64,000 nucleotides of DNA, from assembly GCA_030704615.1 (NCBI GenBank), contig CM060731.1, positions 90,954,001-91,018,000 on the forward strand, in the 5' to 3' direction. Shown piece after piece: positions 13,901 through 27,499 of this stretch. This DNA is from Takakia lepidozioides (taxonomy: Eukaryota; Plantae; Bryophyta). The position numbers were made by a program, and so were the translations under genes. The notes below the pieces were generated by a model. That model saw nothing but the letters and a program-made list of their open reading frames with translations. It did no database searches and was not told the origin of the DNA. The number at the start of each line of letters is the position of its first letter. Positions within the stretch are counted from its first letter, which is position 1.

Positions 13901-16900
13901 ACTTACATGTTCAGCTCAAACAGTGTGCACCAACGCACACTGTTTGAGCTGCCACTGAATGGTTATTTCATCATGAAAAACCTGCCCTGGAAGTCCGAAT
14001 TTAACAGCAAAAAAACAGTGACATGTACAGCTCAAATAGTGTGCGTTGACGCACACTGTTTCAGCTGCCAGTGAGGGATTTTTCATCCTCAGAAAACGTG
14101 CCCTGGAAGTCCGAATTTAACTCGGAAAAAAACACTTACATGTTCAGCTCAAACAGTGTGCGCCAACACACTGTTTGAGCTGCCACTGAATGCTTATTTC
14201 GTCATGAAAAACCAGTTCTGGAAGTCAGAATTTAACACCAAAAAAACATTGACATGTACAACTCAAACAGTGTGCATTCACGCACACTGTTTGAGCTGCT
14301 ATTGAGGGATTCTTTCATCCTCAGAAACGTGCCCTGGAAGTCCGAATTCAACTATGAAAAAACACTTACATGTTCAGCTCAAACTGTGTGCGCCAACGCA
14401 CACAGTTTGAGCTGCCACTGAATGGTATTTCATCATGAAAAACCACCCTGGAAGTCCGAATTTAACACCAAAAAAACATTGACATGTACAGCTCAAACAA
14501 TGTGCGTTGACGCACACAATTTGAGCTGCCAGTGAGGGATTCTTTTATCCTCGGAAACGTGCCCTGGAAGTCCGAATTAAACTCGGAAAAAACACTTACA
14601 TGTTGAGCTCAAAGATCGTGCACCAACGCACGCTGTTTGAGCTGCCACTGAATGGTTATTTCATCTTGAAAAACCTGCCCTGGAAGTCCGAATTTAACTC
14701 GGGAAAAAACACTTACATGTTCAGCTCAAACAGTGTGCGCCAACGCACACAGTTTGAGATGCCACTGAATGGTTATTTCATCATGAAAATCCTGCCCTGG
14801 AAGTCCGAATTTAACATCAACAAAACATTGACATGTACAGCTCAAACATTGTGCGTTGACGCACACTGTTTGAGCTGCCAGTGAGGGATTCTTTCATCCT
14901 CGGAAACGTGCCCTGGAAGTCCGAATTTAACTCGGAAAAAACACTTACATGTTGAGCTCAAACATCGTGCGCCAACGCACGCTGTTTGAGCTGCCACCGA
15001 ATGGTTATTTCATCTTGAAAACCTACCCTGGAAGTCCGAATTTAACTTGGGAAAAACACTTACATGTTCAGCTCAAACAGTGTGCGCCAACGCACCCTGC
15101 TTGAGCTGCCACTGAATGGTTATTTCATCATGAAAAACCTGCCCTGGAAGTCCGAATTTAACACCAAAAAAATAGTGACATGTACAGCTCAAACAGTGTG
15201 CGTTCACGCACACTGTTTGAGCTGCCATTGAGGGATACTTTCATCCGCAGAAACGTGCCCTGGAAGTCCGAATTTAGCTCGGAAAAAGCACTTACATGTT
15301 CAGCTCAAACAGTGTGCGCCAACGCACACTCTTTGAGCTGCCACTGAATGGTTATTTCACCATCATAAACCTGCCCTGGAAGTCCGAATTTAACACCATA
15401 AAAACAGTGATATGTACAGCTCAAACAGTGTGCGTTGACACACACTGTTTGAGCTGCGAGTGACGGATTCTTTCATCCTCAGAAACGTGCCCTGGAAGTC
15501 CGAATTTAACTCGGGAAAAACACTTACATGTTCAGCTGAAACAGTGTGCGCCAACGCACACTGTTTGAGCTGCCACTAAATGGTTATTTCATCTTGAAAA
15601 ACCGAGCTTGGAAGTCCGAATTGAACTCGGAAAAACACTTACATGTTCAGCTGAAACAGTGTGCACCAACGCACACTGTTTGAGCTGCCACTGAATGGTT
15701 ATTTCATCATGAAAAACCTGCCCTGGAAGTCCGAATTTAACAGCAAAAAAACAGTGACATGTACAGCTCAAATAGTGTGCGTTGACGCACACTGTTTCAG
15801 CTGCCAGTGAGGGATTCTTTCATCCTCAGAAACGTGCCCTGGAAGTCCGAATTTAACTCGGAAAAAACACTTACATGTTCAGCTCAAACAGTGTGCGCCA
15901 ACGCACACTGTTTGAGCTGCCACTGAATGGTTATTTCATCTTGAGAAACCTGCCCTGGAAGTCCGAATTTAACTCGGGAAAAACAATGACATGTTCAGCT
16001 CAAACAGTGTGCGCCAACGCACACAGTTTGAGCTGCCACTGAATGGTTATTTCATCTTGAAAAACCTACCCTGGAAGTCCCAATTTAACTCGGAAAAAAC
16101 ACTTACATGTTCAGCTCAAACAGTGTGCGCCAACGCACACTGTTTGAGCTGCCACTGAATGGTTATTTCATCATGAAAAACCTTCCCTGGAAGACCGAAT
16201 TTAACACCAAAAAAACAATGACATGTACAGCTCAAACAGTGTGCGTTGACGCACACTGTTTGAGCTGCCATTGAGTGATTCATTCATCCTCAGAAACGTG
16301 CCCTAAATGACGAATTTCATTTGGAAAAAACACTTACATGTTTAGCTCAAACAGTGTGCGCCAACGCACACTGTTTGAGCTGCCACTGAATGGTTATTTC
16401 ATCTTGAAAAACCGACCCTGGAAATCCGAATTTAACTCGGAAAAAACACTTACATGTTCAGCTCAAACAGTGTGCGTTGGCGCACACTGTTTGAGCTGCC
16501 ACTGAATGATTATTTCATCTTGAAAAACTTGCCCTGGAAGTCCGAATTTAACTCGGAAAAAACACTTACATGTTCAGCTCAAACAGTGTGCGCCAACGCA
16601 CACTGTTTGAGCTGCCACTGAATGGCTATTTCATCTTCATAAACCTGCACTTGAAGTCCGAATTTAACACCAAAAAAACATTGACATGTACAGCTCAAAT
16701 AGTGGGCGTTGACGCGCACTGTTTGAGCTGCCAGTGAGGGATTCTTTCATCCTCAGAAACGTGCCCTGGAAGTCCGAATTGAACTCGGAAAAAACACTTA
16801 CATGTTTAGCTCAAAAAGCGTGCGCCAACGCACACTGTTTGAGCTGCCACTGAATGGTTATTTCATCTTGAAAAACCTGCCCTGGAAGTCCGAATTGAAA

Positions 16901-19900
16901 TCGGGAAAGACACTTACATGTTCAGCTCTGACAGTGTGCGCCAACGCACACTGTTTGAGCTGCCACTGAATGGTTATTTCATCATGAAAAACCTGCCCTG
17001 GAAGTCCGAATTTAACAACAAAAAAACAGTGACATGTACAGCTCAAACAGTGTGCGTTGACGCACACTGTTTGAGCTGCCAGTGAGGGATTCTTTCATCC
17101 TCAGAAACGTGCCCTGGAAGTCCGAATTGAACTCGGAAAAAACACTTACATGTTTAGCTCAAATATCGTGCGCCAACGCACGCTGTTTGAGCTGCCACTG
17201 AATGGTTATTTCATCTTGAAAAACCTGCCCTGGAAGTCCGAATTTAACTCGGAAAAAACACTTACATGTTCAGCTCAAACAGTGTGCGCCAACGCACAAA
17301 GTTTGAGATGCCACTGAATGGTTATTTCATCATGAAAATCCTGCCCTGGAAGTCCGACTTTAACATCAACAAAACATTGACATGTACAGCTCAAACATTG
17401 TGCGTTGACGCACACTGTTTGAGCTGCCAGTGAGGGATTCTTTCATCCTCGGAACGTGCCCTGGAAGTCCGAATTGAACTCGGAAAAAACACTTACATGT
17501 TGAGCTCAAACATCGTGCGCCAACGCACGCTGTTTGAGCTGCCACCGAATGGTTATTTCATCTTGAAAACCTACCCTGGAAGTCCGAATTTAACTTGGGA
17601 AAAACACTTACATGTTCAGCTCAAACAGTGTGCGCCAACGCACCCTGCTTGAGCTGCCACTGAATGGTTATTTCATCATGAAAAACCTGCCCTGGAAGTC
17701 CAAATTTAACACCAAAAAAATAGTGACATGTACAGCTCAAACAGTGTGCGTTCACGCACACTGTTTGAGCTGCCATTGAGGGATACTTTCATCCGCAGAA
17801 ACGTGCCCTGGAAGTCCGAATTTAGCTCGGAAAAAGCACTTACATGTTCAGCTCAAACAGTGTGCGCCAACGCACACTCTTTGAGCTGCCACTGAATGGT
17901 TATTTCACCATCATAAACCTGCCCTGGAAGTCCGAATTTAACACCATAAAACAGTGATATGTACAGCTCAAACAGTGTGCGTTGACACACACTAATTGAG
18001 CTGCGAGTGAGGGATTCTTTCATCCTCAGAAACGTGCCCTGGAAGTCCGAACTTAACTCGGAAAAAACACTTACATGTTCAGCTCAAACAGTGTGCGCCA
18101 ACGCACACTGTTTGAGCTGCCACTAAATGGTTATTTCATCTTGAAAAACCGAGCTTGGAAGTCCGAATTTAACTCGGAAAAAACACTTACATGTTCAGCT
18201 GAAACAGTGTGCACCAACGCACACTGTTTGAGCTGCCACTGAATGGTTATTTCATCATGAAAAACCTGCCCTGGAAGTCCGAATTTAACAGCAAAAAAAC
18301 AGTGACATGTACAGCTCAAATAGTGTGCGTTGACGCACACTGTTTCAGCTGCCAGTGAGGGATTCTTTCATCCTCAGAAACGTGCCCTGGAAGTCCGAAT
18401 TTAACTCGGAAAAAACACTTACATGTTCAGCTCAAACAGTGTGCGCCAACGCACACTGTTTGAGCTGCCAATGAATGCTTATTTCGTCATGAAAAACCAG
18501 TTCTGGAAGTCAGAATTTAACACCAAAAAAACATTGACATGTACAACTCAAACAGTGTGCATTCACGCACACTGTTTGAGCTGCCATTGAGGGATTCTTT
18601 CATCCTCAGAAACGTGCCCTGGAAGTCCGAATTTAACTATGAAAAAACACTTACATGTTCAGCTCAAACAGTGTGCGCCAACGCACACTGTTTGAGCTGC
18701 CACTGAATGGTTATTTCATCATGAAAACCACCCCTGGAAGTCCGAATTTAACACCAAAAAAACATTGACATGTACAGCTCAAACAATGTGCGTTGACGCA
18801 CACAATTTGAGCTGCCAGTGAGGGATTCTTTCATCCTCGGAAACGTGCCCTGGAAGTCCGAATTAAACTCGGAAAAAACACTTACATGTTGAGCTCAAAT
18901 ATCGTGCGCCCACGCACGCTGTTTGAGCTGCCACTGAATGGTTATTTCATCTTGAAAAACCTGCCCTGGAAGTCCGAATTTAACTCGGGAAAAACACTTA
19001 CATGTTCAGCTCAAACAGTGTGCGCGAACGCACACTGTTTGAGCTGCCACTGAATGATTATTTCATCTTGAAAAACTTGCCCTGGAAGTCCGAATTTAAC
19101 TCGGAAAAAACAATGACATGTTCAGCTCAAACAGTGTGCGCCAACGCACACAGTTTGAGCTGCCACTGAATGGTTATTTCATCTTGAAAAACCTACCCTC
19201 GAAGTCCCAATTTAACTCGGAAAAAACACTTACATGTTCAGCTCAAACAGTGTGCGCAACGCACACTGTTTGAGCTGCCACTGAATGGTTATTTCATCAT
19301 GAAAAACCTGCCCTGGAAGACCGAATTTAACACCAAAAAAACAATGACATGTACAGCTCAAACAGTGTGCGTTGACGCACACTGTTTGAGCTGCCATTGA
19401 GTGATTAATTCATCCTCAGAAACGTGCCCTAAATGACGAATTTCATTTGGATAAAACACTTACATGTTTAGCTCAAACAGTGTGCGCCAACGCACACTGT
19501 TTGAGCTGCCACTGAATGGTTATTTCATCTTGAAAAACCGACCCTGGAAATCCGAATTTAACTCGGAAAAACACTTACATGTTCAGCTCAAACAGTGTGC
19601 GCGAACGCACACTGTTTGAGCTGCCACTGAATGATTATTTCATCTTGAAAAACTTGCCCTGGAAGTCCGAATTTAACTCGGAAAAAACACTTACATGTTC
19701 AGCTCAAACAGTGTGCGCCAACGCACACTGTTTGAGCTGCCACTGAATGGCTATTTCATCTTCATAAACCTGCACTCGTAGTCCGAATTTAACACCAAAA
19801 AAACATTGACATGTACAGCTCAAATAGTGTGCGTTGACGCGCACTGTTTGAGCTGCCAGTGAGGGATTCTTTCATCCTCAGAAACGTGCCCTGGAAGTCC

Positions 19901-22900
19901 GAATTGAACTCGGGAAAAAACACTTACATGTTTAGCTCAAAGAGCGTGCGCCAACGCACACTGTTTGAGCTGCCACTGAATGGTTATTTCATCTTGAAAA
20001 ACCTGCCCTGGAAGTCCGAATTGAAATCGGGAAAGACACTTACATGTTCAGCTCTGACAGTGTGCGCCAACGCACACTGTTTGAGCTGCCACTGAATGGT
20101 TATTTCATCTTGAAAAACCTGCCCTGGAAGTACGAATTTAACTTGGAAAAAAACATTTACATGTTCAGCTCAAACAATGTGCGCTAACGCACACTGTTTG
20201 AGCTGCCACTGAATGGTTATTTCATCATGAAAAACCTGCCCTGGAAGTCCGAATTTAACAGCAAAAAAACAGTGACATGTACAGCTCAAATAGTGTGCGT
20301 TGACACACACTGTTTGAGCTGCCAGTGAGGGATTCTTTCATCCTCAGAAACGTGCCCTGGAAGTCCGAATTGAACTCGGAAAAAACACTTACATGTTTAG
20401 CTCAAAGAGCGTGCGCCAACGCACACTTTTTGAGCTGCCACTGAATGGTTATTTCATCTTGAAAAACCTGCCCTGGAAGTCCGAATTGAAATCGGGAAAG
20501 ACACTTACATGTTCAGCTCTGACAGTGTGCGCCAACGCACACTGTTTGAGCTGCCACTGAATGGTTATTTCATCTTGAAAAACCTGCCCTGGAAGTACGA
20601 ATTTAACTTGGAAAAAAACATTTACATGTTCAGCTCAAACAATGTGCGCTAACGCACAATGTGTGAGCTGCCACTGAATGGTTATTTCATCATGAAAAAC
20701 CTGCCCTGGAAGTCCGAATTTAACAGCAAAAAAACAGTGACATGTACAGCTCAAATAGTGTGCGTTGACACACACTGTTTCAGCTGCCAGTGAGGGATTC
20801 TTTCATCCTCAGAAACGTGCCCTGGAAGTCCGAATTTAACTCGGAAAAACACTTACATGTTCAGCTCAAACAGTGTGCGCCAACGCACACTGTTTGAGCT
20901 GCCACTGAATGGTTATTTCATCTTGAGAAACCTGCCCTGGAAGTCCGAATTTAACTCGGGAAAAACAATGACATGTTCAGCTCAAACAGTGTGCGCCAAC
21001 GCACACAGTTTGAGCTGCCACTGAATGGTTATTTCATCTTGAAAAACCTACCCTGGAAGTCCCAATTTAACTCGGAAAAAACACTTACATGTTCAGCTCA
21101 AACAGTGTGCGCCAACGCACACTGTTTGAGCTGCCACTGAATAGTTATTTCATCATGAAAAACCTGCCCTGGAAGACCGAATTTAACACCAAAAAAACAA
21201 TGACATGTACAGCTCAAACAGTGTGCGTTGACGCACACTGTTTGAGCTGCCATTGAGTGATTCATTCATCCTCAGAAACGTGCCCTAAATGACGAATTTC
21301 ATTTGGAAAAAACACTTACATGTTTAGCTCAAACAGTGTGCGCCAACGCACACTGTTTGAGCTGCCACTGAATGGTTATTTCATCTTGAAAAACCGACCC
21401 TGGAAATCCGAATTTAACTCGGAAAAAACACTTACATGTTCAGCTCAAACAGTGTGCGCGAACGCACACTGTTTGAGCTGCCACTGAATGATTATTTCAT
21501 CTTGAAAAACTTGCCCTGGAAGTCCGAATTTAACTCGGAAAAAACACTTACATGTTCAGCTCAAACAGTGTGCGCCAACGCACACTGTTTGAGCTGCCAC
21601 TGAATGGCTATTTCATCTTCATAAACCTGCAATTGAAGTCCGAATTTAACACCAAAAAAACATTGACATGTACATCTCAAATAGTGTGCGTTGACGCGCA
21701 CTGTTTGAGCTGCCAGTGAGGGATTCTTTCATCCTCAGAAACGTGCCCTGGAAGTCCGAATTGAACTCGGAAAAAACACTTACATGTTAAGCTCAAAGAG
21801 CGTGCGCCAACGCACACTGTTTGAGCTGCCACTGAATGGTTATTTCATCTTGAAAAAACCTGCCCTGGAATTCCGAATTGAAATCGGGAAAGACACTTAC
21901 ATGTTCAGAGCATTCAGCTCAAACAATGTGCGCTAACGCACACTGTTTGAGGTGCCACTGAATGGTTATTTCATCATGAAAAACCTGCCCTGGAAGTCCG
22001 AATTTAACAACATAAAAACAGTGACTTGTACAGCTCAAACAGTGTGCGTTGACGCACACTGTTTGAGCTGCCAGTGAGGGATTCTTTCATCCTCAGAAAC
22101 GTGCCCTGGAAGTTCGAATTGAACTCGGAAAAAACACTTACATGTTTAGCTCAAATATCGTGCGCCAACGCACGCTGTTTGAGCTGCCACTGAATGGTTA
22201 TTTCATCTTGAAAAACCTGCCCTGGAAGTCCGAATTTAACTCGGAAAAAACACTTACATGTTCAGCTCAAACAGTGTGCGCCAACGCACACAGTTTGAGA
22301 TGCCAGTGAATGGTTATTTCATCATGAAAATCCTGCCCTCGAAGTCCGAATTTAACATCAACAAAACATTGACATGTACAGCTCAAACATTGTGCGTTGA
22401 CGCACACTGTTTGAGCTGCCAGTGAGGGATTCTTTCATCCTCGGAAACGTGCCCTGGAAGTCCGAATTGAACTCGGAAAAAACACTTACATGTTGAGCTC
22501 AAACATCGTGCGCCAACGCACGCTGTTTGAGCTGCCACCGAATGGTTATTTCATCTTGAAAAACCTACCCTGGAAGTCCGAATTTAACTTGGGAAAAACA
22601 CTTACATGTTCAGCTCAAACAGTGTGCGCCAACGCACCCTGCTTGAGCTGCCACTGAATGGTTATTTCATCATGAAAAACCTGCCCTGGAAGTCTGAATT
22701 TAACACCAAAAAAATAGTGACATGTACAGCTCAAACAGTGTGCGTTCACGCACACTGTTTGAGCTGCCATTGAGGGATACTTTCATCCGCAGAAACGTGC
22801 CCTGGAAGTCCGAATTTAGCTCGGAAAAAGCACTTACATGTTCAGCTCAAACAGTGTGCGCCAACGCACACTCTTTGAGCTGCCACTGAATGGTTATTTC

Positions 22901-25900
22901 ACCATCATAAACCTGCCCTGGAAGTCCGAATTTAACACCATAAAAACAGTGATATGTACAGCTCAAACAGTGTGCGTTGACACACACTGTTTGAGCTGCG
23001 AGTGAGGGATTCTTTCATCCTCAGAAACGTGCCCTGGAAGTCCGAATTTAACTCGGAAAAAACACTTACATGTTCAGCTCAAACAGTGTGCGCCAACGCA
23101 CACTGTTTGAGCTGCCACTAAATGGTTATTTCATCTTGAAAAACCGAGCTTGGAAGTCCGAATTTAACTCGGAAAAAACACTTACATGTTCAGCTGAAAC
23201 AGTGTGCACCAACGCACACTGTTTGAGCTGCCACTAAATGGTTATTTCATCATGAAAAACCTGCCCTGGAAGTCCGAATTTAACAGCAAAAAAACAGTGA
23301 CATGTACAGCTCAAATAGTGTGCGTTGACGCACACTGTTTCAGCTGCCAGTGAGGGATTCTTTCATCCTCAGAAACGTGCCCTGGAAGTCCGAATTTAAC
23401 TCGGAAAAAACACTTACATGTTCAGCTCAAACAGTGTGCGCCAACGCACACTGTTTGAGCTGCCACTGAATGGTTATTTCATCTTGAGAAACCTGCCCTG
23501 GAAGTCCGAATTTAACTCGGGAAAAACAATGACTTGTTCAGCTCAAACAGTGTGCGCCAACGCACACAGTTTGAGCTGCCACTGAATGGTTATTTCATCT
23601 TGAAAAACCTACCCTGGAAGTCCCAATATAACTCGGAAAAAACACTTACATGTTCAGCTCAAACAGTGTGCGCCAACGCACACTGTTTGAGCTGCCACTG
23701 AATGGTTATTTCATCATGAAAAACCTGCCCTGGAAGACCGAATTTAACACCAAAAAACAATGACATGTACAGCTCAAACAGTGTGCGTTGACGCACACTG
23801 TTTGAGCTGCCATTGAGTGATTCATTCATCCTCAGAAACGTGCCCTAAATGACGAATTTCATTTGGAAAATTCACTTACATGTTTAGCTCAAAAAGTGTG
23901 CACCAACGCACACTGTTTGAGCTGCCACTGAATGGTTATTTCATCTTGAAAAACCGACCCTGGAAATCCGAATTTAACTCGGAAAAAACACTTACATGTT
24001 CAGCTCAAACAGTGTGCGCGAACGCACACTGTTTGAGCTGCCACTGAATGATTATTTCATCTTGAAAAACTTGCCCTGGAAGTCCGAATTTAACTCGGAA
24101 AAAACAATGACATGTTCAGCTCAAACAGTGTGCGCCAACGCACACTGTTTGAGCTGCCACTGAATGGCTATTTCATCTTCATAAACCTGCACTTGAAGTC
24201 CGAATTTAACACCAAAAAAACGTTGACATGTACAGCTCAAATAGTGTGCGTTGACGCGCACTGTTTGAGCTCCCAGTGAGGGATTCTTTCATCCTCAGAA
24301 ACGTGCCCTGGAAGTCCGAATTGAACTCGGAAAAAACACTTACATGTTCAGCTCAAACATTGTGTGCCAACGCACACTGTTTGAGCTAAAACTGAATGGT
24401 TATTTAATCTTGAAAAACCTACCCTGGAAGTCCGAATTTAACTCGGAAAAACTTGTTCGACCTCTGCAATCGTGGTGGCACTTACATGTTCAGCTCAAAC
24501 AGTGTGCGCCAACGCACACAGTTTGACCTGCCACTGAATGGTTATTTCATCTAGAAAAACATGCCCTGGAAGTCCGAACTTAACTCGGAAAAAACACTTA
24601 CATGTTCAGCTCAAACAGACGCACACTGTTTGAGCTGCCAGTGAGGGATTCTTTCATCCTCAGAAACGTGCCCTCGAAGTCCGAATTTAACTCGGAAAAA
24701 ACACTTACATATTCAGATCAAACAGTGTGCGCCAACGCACACAGTTTGAGATGCCACTGAATGGTTATTTCATCATGAAAAACCTGCCCTGGAAGTCCGA
24801 ATTTAACATCAAAAAAACATTGACATGTACAGCTCAAACAGTGTGCGTTGACGCACACTGTTTGAGCTGCCAGTGAGGGATTCTTTCATCCTCGGAAACG
24901 TGCCCTGGAAGTCCAAATTTAACTCGGAAAAAACACTTACATGTTCAGCTCAAACAGTGTGCGCCAACGCACACTGTTTGAGCTGCCACTGAATGGTTAT
25001 TTCATTTGGAAAAACCGACCCTGGAAATCCGAATTTAACTCGGAAAAAACACTTACATGTTCAGCTCAAACAGTGTGCGCCAACGCCCACTGTTTGAGCT
25101 GCCACTGAATGGTTATTTCATCTTGAAAAACTTGCCCTGGAATTCCGAATTTAACTCGGAAAAAACATTTACATGTTCTGCTCAAACAGTGTGCGCCAAC
25201 GCACACTGTTTGAGCTGCCACTGAATGGTTATTTCATCATGAAAAACCTGCCCTGGAAGTCCGAATTTAACACCAAAAAAACAGTGACATGTACAGCTCA
25301 AACAGTGTGCGTTGACGCACACTGTTTGAGCTGCCAGTGAGGGATTCTTTCATCCTCAGAAACGTGCGCTGGAAGTCCAAATTTAACTCGGAAAAAACAC
25401 TTACATGTTCAGCTCAAACAGTGTTCGCCAACGCACACTGTTTGAGCTGCCACTGAATGGTTATTTCATCTTGAAAAACCTGCCCTGGAAATCCGAATTT
25501 AACTCCGAAAAAACACTTACATGTTCAGCTCAAACAGTGTGCGCCAACACACGCTGTTTGAGCTGCCACTGAATGGTTATTTCATCTTGAAAAACTTGCC
25601 CTGGAAGTCCAAATTTAACTCGGAAAAAACACTTACATGTACAGCTCAAACAGTGTGCGTTGACGCACACTGTTTGAGCTGCCAGTGAGGGATTCTTTCA
25701 TCCTCGGAAACGTGCCCTGGAAGTCCAAATTTAACTCGGAAAAAACACTTACATGTTCAGCTCAAACAGTGTGCGCCAACGCACACTGTTTGAGCTGCCA
25801 CTAAATGGTTATTTCATCTTGAAAAATCGACCCTGGAAATCCGAATTTAACTCGGAAAAAACACTTACATGTTCAGCTCAAACAGTGTGCGTCAACGCAC

Positions 25901-27499
25901 ACTGTTTGAGCTGCCACTGAATGGTTATTTCATCTTGAAAAACGTGCCCTGGAAATCCGAATTTAACTCGGAAAAAACACTTACATGTTCAGTTCAAACA
26001 GTGTGCGCCAACGCACACTGTTTGAGCTGCCACTGAATGGTTATTTCATCATGAAAAACCTGCCCTGGAAGTCCGAATTTAACACCAAAAAAACAGTGAC
26101 ATGTACAGCTCAAACAGTGTGCGTTGACGCACACTGTTTGAGCTGCCAGTGAGGGATTCTTTCATCCTCAGAAACGTGCGCTGGAAGTCCAAATTTAAGT
26201 CGGAAAAAACACTTACATGTTCAGCTCAAACAGTGTTCGCCAACGCACACTGTTTGAGCTGCCACTGAATGGTTATTTCATCTTGAGAAACCTGCCCTGG
26301 AAGTCCGAATTTAACTCCGAAAAAACACTTACATGTTCAGCTCAAACAGTGTGCGCCAACACACGCTGTTTGAGCTGCCACTGAATGGTTATTTCATCTT
26401 GAAAAACCTGCCCTGGAAGTCTAAATTTAACTCGGAAAAAACACTTACATGTACAGCTCAAACAGTGTGCGTTGACGCACACTGTTTGAGGTGCCGGTGA
26501 GGGATTCTTTCATCCTCGGAAACGTGCCCTGGAAGTCCAAATTTAACTCGGAAAAAACACTTACATGTTCAGCTCAAACAGTGTGCGCCAACGCACACCG
26601 TTTGAGCTACCACTGAATGGTTATTTCATCTTCAAAAACCTCCCCTGGAAGTCCGAATTTAACTCGGAAAAAACACTTACATGTTCAGCTCAAACAGTGT
26701 GCGCCAACGCACACAGTTTGAGCTGCCACTGAATGGTTATTTCATCTTGAAAAACCTGCCCTGGAAGTCCGAATTTAACTCGGAAAAAACACTTACATGT
26801 TCAGCTCAAACAGACGCACACTGTTTGAGCTGCCAGTGAGGGATTCTTTCATCCTCAGAAACGTGCCCTGGAAGTCCGAATTTAACTCGGAAAAAACACT
26901 TACATGTTCAGCTCAAACAGTGTGCGCCAACGCACACTGTTTGAGCTGCCACTGAATGGTTATTTCATCTTGAAAAACCGACCCTGGAAATCCGAATTGA
27001 ACTCGGAAAAAACACTTACATGTTCAGCTCAAACAGTGTGCGCCAACGCACACTGTTTGAGCTGCCACTGAATGGTTATTTCATCTTGAAAAACTTGCCC
27101 TGGAAGTCCGAATTTAACTCGGAAAAAACACTTACATGTTCAGCTCAAAAAGTGTGCGCCAACGCACACTGTTTGAGCTGCCACTGAATGGTTATTTCAT
27201 CCTCAGAAACGTGCGCTGGAAGTCCAAATTTAACTCGGAAAAAACACTTACATGTTGAGCTCAAACAGTGTTCGCCAACGCACACTGTTTGAGCTGCCAC
27301 TGAATGGTTATTTCATCTTGAGAAACCTGCCCTGGAAGTCCGAATTTAACTCGAGAAAAACAATGACATGTTCAGCTCAAACAATGTGCGCCAACGCACA
27401 CTGTTTGAGTTGCCACTGAATGGTTATTTCATCATGAAAAACCTGCCCTGGAAGTCCGAATTTAACACCAAAAAAACAGTGACATGTACAGCTCAAACA
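7901..27499. repeat. Tandem satellite, 116-bp monomer, about 169 copies, each with an 18-bp perfect inverted repeat and 4-nt loop; three monomer subtypes and higher-order repeats
   Basis: Consensus acatgttCAGCTCAAACAGTGTGCG-ccaa-CGCACACTGTTTGAGCTGccactgaatggttatttcatcttgaaaaacctgccctggaagtccgaatttaactcggaaaaaacactt. Period 116 (e.g. 8462 to 8578). Subtypes A (..catcttgaaa..ctcgg), B (..catcatgaaa..acaccaaa), C (loop ttga, ..gtgagggattctttcatcctcag..). Confidence 0.99.

Noticed and set aside
7901-27499. CRISPR array (palindromic repeat at regular spacing)
   Set aside because: Sequences between palindromes are near-identical (three subtypes), not unique spacers; there are no cas genes and the context is eukaryotic.
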